Below the pieces are notes generated by a model. It saw only the letters and a list, made by a program, of their open reading frames with translations. It did not search any database and was not told where the DNA came from. A stretch of DNA of 36,994 nt, from positions 1 through 36,994 of IMG/VR virus record IMGVR_UViG_3300012943_000047, one strand, 5' to 3'. The first letter of the stretch is position 1; every line of letters begins with the position of its first letter. Both the position numbers and the translations under genes were made by a program. This DNA comes from a virus. Taxonomy: Duplodnaviria > Caudoviricetes. Below, piece by piece: positions 27,871-33,233 of the stretch.

Positions 27871-28282
27871 GTTGCACCTCCTCCATGTCAAAACTCCAGA
27901 GTCCTTGTTGGCCACGCATGAAGATTGGCTTGTCAAATAATTTTGGTTCTTCCAAAATCCATCCGAAGCTATCATTTGCATAGTAACCCAGTGCTTTCTC
28001 TACGGGCGTAAGATTGGGTATCAATTCAATCGCTGGCTTTATGCCCATCAACATTACACTACCAATGATTGCGCCGAGTTGCATATCCTTTGAGATGGCT
28101 TCTCGATACCTGCTCAATGGTTTCTGATAGAACCATTCCATTGCCGTGAAGTCGGCTCTCATCGTGGCATGAATGAGCAATAAACCGCGATGCTTCGTTA
28201 CCCAACTGCGGGTTTCTATTTTCTTAATGCCAAGACATACCGTCTGAGCAAAGGGTTGCTGAATTGAAATAACTTTATCCAT
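27863..28282 (-). CDS. ASCH-domain protein
   Basis: ISIQQPFA...GIKKIETRSW.T.HRG.LLIHA, GAIIGSV.L and RGQQGLW signature. Confidence 0.9.
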   Translation of the reverse strand: MDKVISIQQPFAQTVCLGIKKIETRSWVTKHRGLLLIHATMRADFTAMEWFYQKPLSRYREAISKDMQLGAIIGSVMLMGIKPAIELIPNLTPVEKALGYYANDSFGWILEEPKLFDKPIFMRGQQGLWSFDMEEVQHG

Positions 28283-28294
28283 AAATAATTTTGT

Positions 28295-28591
28295 TTAGGT
28301 GAATTCACATTGACCGTTCAGCCTGATTGTCGTGGTGAATGGGAACTTATCCCGTGGAACCAGCTTGATCTGCTCAATCAAATTTTTTGAGCCAACGAAA
28401 ATCACACGTTTATCTCCACCCTTTTCAATCTGAAGGTGCAGGTAGTCCGTTCCCTCTTTCTTTTTTGATGGCTCAATTTTAAAGTCCAAAACTCGAATTG
28501 ATACGTTAAGCACGTTGTTGATCTGGATTTTATCGCCCACAAATTTCTTCGCTAGTACCGGAGCGATGTTGAAGTCACTGAAGTTGTTCAT
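28295..28591 (-). CDS. RT-coupled small beta-rich protein, candidate DGR accessory factor
   Basis: Start overlaps the RT stop by 17 nt; alternating beta-strand pattern (SIRVLDFKI, YLHLQI, KRVIFVGS, FPFTTTI). Confidence 0.7.
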   Translation of the reverse strand: MNNFSDFNIAPVLAKKFVGDKIQINNVLNVSIRVLDFKIEPSKKKEGTDYLHLQIEKGGDKRVIFVGSKNLIEQIKLVPRDKFPFTTTIRLNGQCEFT

Positions 28592-29537
28592 GCTGTAATA
28601 GTTTTTTAGTTAGGTGTTTTGCATTTGCGTGTTTTAACCATCCTTTGTAGGATGCTATACTTGCACGCTGAGGATGCTTTTTGAGCTTTCGGGCAAAGCT
28701 CTTTTTGATTCCCTTTCGCACCTTGATGTATTTGTGTCGGAATACATAGCCCACGTAATCAATGCCGCGATCTTCAACCGGAAATACCTGCCAGTTTCCT
28801 TTCACTTCCAGTTTCAGTTCTTCGAGGTAATGTTTAATGTCTTCCAACAGGGCGTGAAGGAAAGCTTTGTCGTGATGCAGAATCACAATGTCATCGGCAT
28901 AACGGTAATAGTATTTCATTCGCTTTTCTTCCTTCAGCCAATGATCGAAGTAGCTCAGATAAAAATTAGCCAGGTACTGGCTCAGATAGTTACCGATTGG
29001 CAGACCGGGCGCACTGTCAACAATCTCATCAAGCAGCCACAGCAAATCTTTGTCTTTAAATTTCCTTCGGAGCAACTGCTTGAGCACGTAATGATCCACA
29101 CTTGGATAGAATTTCTTAATGTCAAACTTCAGGCAATACATAGTTCCCGGAGCGTCTTTCAAATCTTGCTTGAGATTATTCAGTAACGCATGAATGCCGC
29201 GCTTCTTGATGCAACTGTACGTGTCTGCCGTGAAGGTGCTGACGAAGATCGGCTCCAACACGTTCATGATAGCATGATGCGCAATGCGGTCAGGAAAGAA
29301 TGGAAGCCTGTACACGATGCGTTCTTTCTTCTCATGCACCGTAAATATGTCGTAATCAGATGTGCGGTACGATTTACTTTGTAGCATGTCCTGAAGCATA
29401 AACAAATTTCCCTCGCGGTTCAGATTGTGTTTGATCACACCATACTGGCTTGTCTTTCCCTTCTGTGCTTTCCTGTCAGCTTCCTGAAGGTTAACAAGGC
29501 TTGTGATCTGCTCGTATATGTTACCTATTCTTTTCAT
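28575..29537 (-). CDS. DGR-type reverse transcriptase
   Basis: KERIVY..PFFPDRIAHHA, YSCIKKRG, LKFDIKKFY, LPIGNYLSQ (DGR GxxxSQ motif), YYRYADD and GIDYVGY; 320 aa with no maturase or endonuclease domain. Confidence 0.96.
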   Translation of the reverse strand: MKRIGNIYEQITSLVNLQEADRKAQKGKTSQYGVIKHNLNREGNLFMLQDMLQSKSYRTSDYDIFTVHEKKERIVYRLPFFPDRIAHHAIMNVLEPIFVSTFTADTYSCIKKRGIHALLNNLKQDLKDAPGTMYCLKFDIKKFYPSVDHYVLKQLLRRKFKDKDLLWLLDEIVDSAPGLPIGNYLSQYLANFYLSYFDHWLKEEKRMKYYYRYADDIVILHHDKAFLHALLEDIKHYLEELKLEVKGNWQVFPVEDRGIDYVGYVFRHKYIKVRKGIKKSFARKLKKHPQRASIASYKGWLKHANAKHLTKKLLQHEQLQ

Positions 29538-29643
29538 CCTTTGCTTTCTTCAAGTCGCCTTCGCTTTCGCTACCAACGCCTTGGTTTGTTTTTAGTCCTG
29601 TGTTTTTTTGCCAAGAGGCAAGGTCTGCGACAGCATGTCTTTT

Positions 29644-29720
29644 GCATAGGTGAGAGCTGACATTCGAATTCGAGTTCCAGTTATCGTAGTCGTTATACCG
29701 GAAGCCGGAAGAACCGCCCA
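29644..29720 (-). repeat. DGR template repeat (TR), 77 bp
   Basis: Minus strand TG GGC GGT TCT TCC GGC TTC CGG TAT AAC GAC TAC GAT AAC TGG AAC TCG AAT TCG AAT GTC AGC TCT CAC CTA TGC; 17 adenines, five AAY codons; directly upstream of the RT. Confidence 0.95.
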
Positions 29721-29744
29721 ACCATCGCACAACCTATTTTTACT

Positions 29745-30146
29745 TTACAATGCGTACTGGTTCCACAACTTCACAAAAACCTTATTCGAAGTCAGGTCAA
29801 CCATTGCATTGTATGTTTTAAAGCAAAGGCGAGAGCCGACACCCGAACCCGAGCCCCGGGTATCGCAGTCGTCATACCGGAAGCCGGAAGAACCGCCCAG
29901 ATGCCACCAACGCGCCTCGTACTTATACTCATCGTTGGTGAAGTCGGCAATCCATTCTTTGCCGCCATTTGCAATCCGGTTGGCAGCCTTTACCATGATG
30001 ACACACATGGTATGGGCAATCATTGCTGCCTTATCTTTCTTGCTGAAAAAAGTAAAAGACTTGTTAAGGCCGTCCTCTACCTTTTTTGAATCTAAGCCTT
30101 CAAGCTTGCAAGCCTGAATGAATGTGAGTTTGCTGATATTCTTCAT
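29745..30146 (-). CDS. DGR target protein 1
   Basis: Contains VR1 (GGSSGFRYDDCDTRGSGSGVGSRLC) followed by 25 aa. ATG at 30146; TTG at 30152 is an alternative start. Confidence 0.88.
   Translation of the reverse strand: MKNISKLTFIQACKLEGLDSKKVEDGLNKSFTFFSKKDKAAMIAHTMCVIMVKAANRIANGGKEWIADFTNDEYKYEARWWHLGGSSGFRYDDCDTRGSGSGVGSRLCFKTYNAMVDLTSNKVFVKLWNQYAL
29823..29899 (-). repeat. DGR variable repeat VR1
   Basis: Ungapped match to TR with 13 mismatches, 12 at TR adenines and one T>C (29858). Confidence 0.93.
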
Positions 30147-30152
30147 TTTCAA

Positions 30153-30560
30153 TTATTGTTTAATGGTCATAAAATTTTCAAACACCCTCATGAACTCTGG
30201 CTTTGAAGCCGCGTGAGTGCCAAGTCTTTTCTCCATGAAGCAAAGGCGAGAGCCGACATCCGAATTCGAGCCCCAGTTACCGAAGCCGTCACACCGGAAG
30301 CCGGAAGAACCGCCCATAAAGAACCAGAGAAACCACTTGTTCCATAGTCCATCATTCCAATCTGGCACTCTCTTTTCATTAAGAGCCTTTACGATCAGGA
30401 TTGCCAACATGTAGTTGACGAGATGATGTTCCGAATCAAATACCATGGTCAACTTTCTATAGTCAACCACGTCTTGATCTTCTTCTCCAAGTTCACTCAG
30501 AACGTCAGCGATGGAGTTGATGCGCTCGATTACGTCCTGTTCATTTTTGATTGTGTTCAT
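30153..30560 (-). CDS. DGR target protein 2
   Basis: Contains VR2 (GGSSGFRCDGFGNWGSNSDVGSRLC) followed by 28 aa; shares the I.VKA.N...W segment with target 1. Confidence 0.88.
   Translation of the reverse strand: MNTIKNEQDVIERINSIADVLSELGEEDQDVVDYRKLTMVFDSEHHLVNYMLAILIVKALNEKRVPDWNDGLWNKWFLWFFMGGSSGFRCDGFGNWGSNSDVGSRLCFMEKRLGTHAASKPEFMRVFENFMTIKQ
30240..30316 (-). repeat. DGR variable repeat VR2
   Basis: Ungapped match to TR with 11 mismatches, all at TR adenines. Confidence 0.95.
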
Positions 30561-30586
30561 TGTTTTTGGTTTTAGAGTTTTACATT

Positions 30587-30604
30587 AAAAGGGGCAAAAG
30601 CCCC
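30587..30604 (-). terminator. Intrinsic-terminator-like hairpin just upstream of the DGR genes
   Basis: Minus strand GGGGC-TTTT-GCCCC-TTTT. Confidence 0.5.
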
Positions 30605-30646
30605 CCACTTATTCAATCATTCAGGGTCGCTTAACCCTGCTTTAAT

Positions 30647-30689
30647 TGGTAGTGAGCGGGGGAGTCGAACCCCCAATACCGTACTCACT
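30647..30689 (-). ncRNA. tRNA-like minihelix (acceptor stem + T-arm + encoded CCA)
   Basis: AGTGAGT-ACGGTATT-GGGGG TTCGACT CCCCC-GCTCACT-A-CCA: 7-bp acceptor stem, 5-bp T-stem with canonical 7-nt T-loop, no D or anticodon arm. Confidence 0.65.
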
Positions 30690-30909
30690 GTGTGCAGTCT
30701 TTCCCGCTGTCAGCACGGAGGACTTGCACCTCCAACTTTACAAATAGCATTCCTCCGTCATGTGTTGCCAGCCTTGGAGAGGTTTGTTCATTTGCAAGAA
30801 TTGTTTACTTCCGTTCCAGCTACGGGAAGGGGTCAATCCGTTTTGCAATAGAATGCTTTGCCACTCAGTCCCCGACAAGGGAATGTTATTAATCCTCGGC
30901 TCCCCTTCT

Positions 30910-31347
30910 TTAAGATTTCTTATTGGCAATCACCTGTAGCGATTGTTCGTTGTCGATGGTCACACCAAGCTTTGAAAGCTCCTCTCTCAAATCTTTGTCT
31001 TGAAAAGCTTTCTTCACATCGGCTTTCTTGAAATCGATGTTCAATAATTCAGGATGCGCCTCGTAGAAATTTTGCAAGTCAAAATTTCTCTTCTTCACAA
31101 TCACTGCGCTATTGGCTACGTGCAAGTATCCATGCTCCAGCATCAGGTTGCCCTCGGCATTAAACTCATCGCGAATGCGCTCACCAATCTCAATCAGTTC
31201 GGCCTCCGATTCCTTGATGTTCTTGTTGTACGCATCCATTTCGTTTTTAATCCGATCCTGTAGGGCTTTACGGTTTTCGGTTGCCTGGGCAAAAACTGTC
31301 ATCAGTTCTTCAGCGCGTTTCAGGTCTTTCTTTGTTGTAGTTGTCAT
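30910..31347 (-). CDS. Mu Gam-like host-nuclease inhibitor
   Basis: N-terminal coiled coil, L.LEHG.L, and C-terminal LSKLGVTI..E.SL.V pattern; early-operon position. Confidence 0.6.
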   Translation of the reverse strand: MTTTTKKDLKRAEELMTVFAQATENRKALQDRIKNEMDAYNKNIKESEAELIEIGERIRDEFNAEGNLMLEHGYLHVANSAVIVKKRNFDLQNFYEAHPELLNIDFKKADVKKAFQDKDLREELSKLGVTIDNEQSLQVIANKKS

Positions 31348-31691
31348 AGGTTTTTATTTATGGTTAAAAAATTGTTTTCAATACTCTCAAGCGAATCCTT
31401 CACGAAGTCCTTCATGCGGATGTAGCTTTCAACACGGCGCAAAGCACACACTACCGATGAATGATTCCGGTTGATTTCTTCGCCAATCCTTACAACCGTG
31501 TAGTGCAAATGCTTATGCAACAGGTAGGCATACACACTTCGCGCATCCACAAGCTCGCGTCTGCGGGTTATCTTTTTAATGTCCGCACGTTCACAGTTAA
31601 ACTCCCGGCATACCTCATCAAGCAGCTGTATCTGTGCCAGCGTTCGGGTGCTCATGTTCACGGGCATATCCCACTTATATTCAATGCTCAT
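31344..31691 (-). CDS. Stand-alone DnaA domain IV (Bac_DnaA_C)-like HTH protein
   Basis: VCREF...DIK..TRRRELVDARSVYAYLL...TVVRIGEEINRNHSSVVCALRRVE. Start re-assigned to MSIEY at 31691 (ATGA-coupled). Confidence 0.8.
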   Translation of the reverse strand: MSIEYKWDMPVNMSTRTLAQIQLLDEVCREFNCERADIKKITRRRELVDARSVYAYLLHKHLHYTVVRIGEEINRNHSSVVCALRRVESYIRMKDFVKDSLESIENNFLTINKNL

Positions 31692-31861
31692 ACTTTTGAA
31701 AATAAAGTGAGGCCAGATGACAGAACCATGATAATCCAAACCGTGGCAAACAGGTACACGTAAACTGCCTGATGAATAAAATCAGCTATCCAGATTCCGC
31801 CAGTCCAAAAGATTGCCGTATACACGAGGAAGCAAATCCAGTTTATCCAAAATCGTTTCAT
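31688..31861 (-). CDS. 57-aa two-TM membrane protein (not in ORF track)
   Basis: MKRFWINWICFLVYTAIFWTGGIWIADFIHQAVYVYLFATVWIIMVLSSGLTLFSKV; ATGA-coupled at both ends. Confidence 0.7.
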   Translation of the reverse strand: MKRFWINWICFLVYTAIFWTGGIWIADFIHQAVYVYLFATVWIIMVLSSGLTLFSKV

Positions 31862-32277
31862 GCCTTTTGGGTTTCGGTTGCAATCAATTCCTTCATCATC
31901 ATCGCATAGCTTTCATTCAACACCACGCTGTTGGGGTGTATGCATGCTGCAAGCATCTTCGGTTCGTTGTAGTGCTTATAAAGCTGATCGCGCAATTCAT
32001 TGCTACGCACCGGGCAGCGGCGGTTCAGATCAATAAACATTTCATCACGGGTGGCAAAGTGGTTCTTCCACCACGTCCAGAATATCCGGCTGTTTTCCAG
32101 CACGGTTATGCTGTAGGCATCTTCGTCCAGGTACTCATTTAGATATTCGATTCCGCAGTCATACACATACTGGCCATACTGTTCTTCAGTCCAATTCAGC
32201 AAAACACACACGGCCAGTTTCAGGGCCTCGGCCCGTTCCTTGCGTCCGTTCTTAGTCTTTAGTAGTTCCTTTTCCAT
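31858..32277 (-). CDS. Hypothetical early protein
   Basis: 139-aa ORF (LLNWTEEQY...GIEYL...FWTWWKN). Confidence 0.75.
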   Translation of the reverse strand: MEKELLKTKNGRKERAEALKLAVCVLLNWTEEQYGQYVYDCGIEYLNEYLDEDAYSITVLENSRIFWTWWKNHFATRDEMFIDLNRRCPVRSNELRDQLYKHYNEPKMLAACIHPNSVVLNESYAMMMKELIATETQKA

Positions 32278-32299
32278 CCTGAGCGGTTTTAAGCGTTTT

Positions 32300-33163
32300 T
32301 TAAGCGGCTTTTTTCGCTGCCTTCATGCGGCATTTGTGAATAGCCCGTTTCACACGTCTCAAGTCCCCTTCACATTCATTATATATATAGTGTAGGTCTT
32401 GGGGGTCGTTTATGCCGTTGGCCTTGCCTATCTCCGTCACTTCCTTCTGAGTTGGTGTTGGCAGCAATACAAAGCGCCTGCCTATACGGCTGTAGATTTC
32501 GGCATATCCTTTCTTGTTCATCTTCCTGCCGCGCAGTATGCGCTTGCTCAGGTATTCGGTGGCCATGATCACAATGCCCATGTTTCCTTCCAGCCTGTTG
32601 TAAAGCGTTATGAAGAAGTAGAGAATAGAATCCGATACCTTGTCAAACTCGTCAAGTATCAGCAATGGGTTTTCCTTCTTCAATGATGTCTCCACAATTA
32701 AGTCCATCATTTCAGGCACGTTCAGTCCGGTGTTGGTCTTGCCTATCTTCTGAAGTATCTGTTGAAGGAATACCTTCCGGTTGAAATACTCAGAGCAGCT
32801 GATCGTATAAACATTATCACGCTTGGTTTCATACCATTCGCTGATGAATGATTTACCGCTACCCGGTTCGGCTGTTATGGCAAATACATTTCCGTATTCC
32901 CGTGCATCATCAAAGAAGTTCACCAAAGTTTTGGCGGCGGCAGTGTCCACCATTTGCCATTTACCTTTGTTGCTGAAGCCAACTTGCTTGCCTACGTTGC
33001 GCCACATATCATCGCTAATGCTTTCCCATTCACCTTTGCGAATGTTGATAATGGTGGCTTCGCTCACGCCCTTCAAAGCATTCACCGCTTTGGCTTGGCT
33101 CGGATACTGCTCAACAAAATGCTTGAGCAACATTTGAATTTCCTTTTTCGCTGAATCTGTCAT
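32300..33163 (-). CDS. MuB-like transposition AAA+ ATPase
   Basis: N-terminal HTH, Walker A AEPGSGKS, Walker B LLILDEFD, EIYSRIGR and GDLRRV; follows the transposase. Confidence 0.92.
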   Translation of the reverse strand: MTDSAKKEIQMLLKHFVEQYPSQAKAVNALKGVSEATIINIRKGEWESISDDMWRNVGKQVGFSNKGKWQMVDTAAAKTLVNFFDDAREYGNVFAITAEPGSGKSFISEWYETKRDNVYTISCSEYFNRKVFLQQILQKIGKTNTGLNVPEMMDLIVETSLKKENPLLILDEFDKVSDSILYFFITLYNRLEGNMGIVIMATEYLSKRILRGRKMNKKGYAEIYSRIGRRFVLLPTPTQKEVTEIGKANGINDPQDLHYIYNECEGDLRRVKRAIHKCRMKAAKKAA

Positions 33164-33197
33164 AAATTTGTTTTTAAGTTTTCGATTTATTTAAGTG

Positions 33198-33233
33198 GCC
33201 CTGACCGTTAGCGCGGTCGGGGTTGTTTGTTTT
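33198..33233 (+). terminator. Hairpin with T-rich tail on the antisense strand between transposase and MuB
   Basis: GCCCTGACCG-TTAGCG-CGGTCGGGGT followed by TGTTTGTTTT. Confidence 0.45.

Noticed and set aside
28575-29537. RT as group II intron, retron or Abi-type RT
   Set aside because: It has the GxxxSQ motif, no maturase/endonuclease domain or retron VTG motif, and an adjacent TR/VR set with adenine-specific differences.
29521-29730. 69-aa ORF MRWLGGSSGFRYNDYDNWNSNSNVSSHLC as a third target paralogue
   Set aside because: It is the translation of the template repeat (Asn-rich from AAY codons) running into the spacer; TRs are typically open but non-coding.
29644-30316. Three 77-bp repeats as a CRISPR array or simple duplication
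   Set aside because: Spacing is irregular, two copies are in-frame within genes, no cas genes are present, and the mismatches are adenine-specific.
30647-30689. Canonical tRNA gene or tRNA-derived attP site
   Set aside because: No D or anticodon arm, so it cannot decode. There is no site-specific integrase, and the 5' acceptor strand is present and complementary, which an att relic would not need. Kept as a minihelix finding.
30560-30908. Self-cleaving ribozyme (hammerhead or HDV-like) near the tRNA-like element
   Set aside because: I could not find the CUGAnGA/GAAA core or the nested double-pseudoknot by eye; an Infernal search would be needed.
30738-30929. 63-aa minus-strand ORF after gam
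   Set aside because: Non-ATG start inside gam, no recognisable protein features, and it overlaps a heavily base-paired region; not excluded but unsupported.
31344-31691. Host dnaA gene or replication origin
   Set aside because: Only domain IV is present, within a phage operon, and I noticed no DnaA-box cluster.
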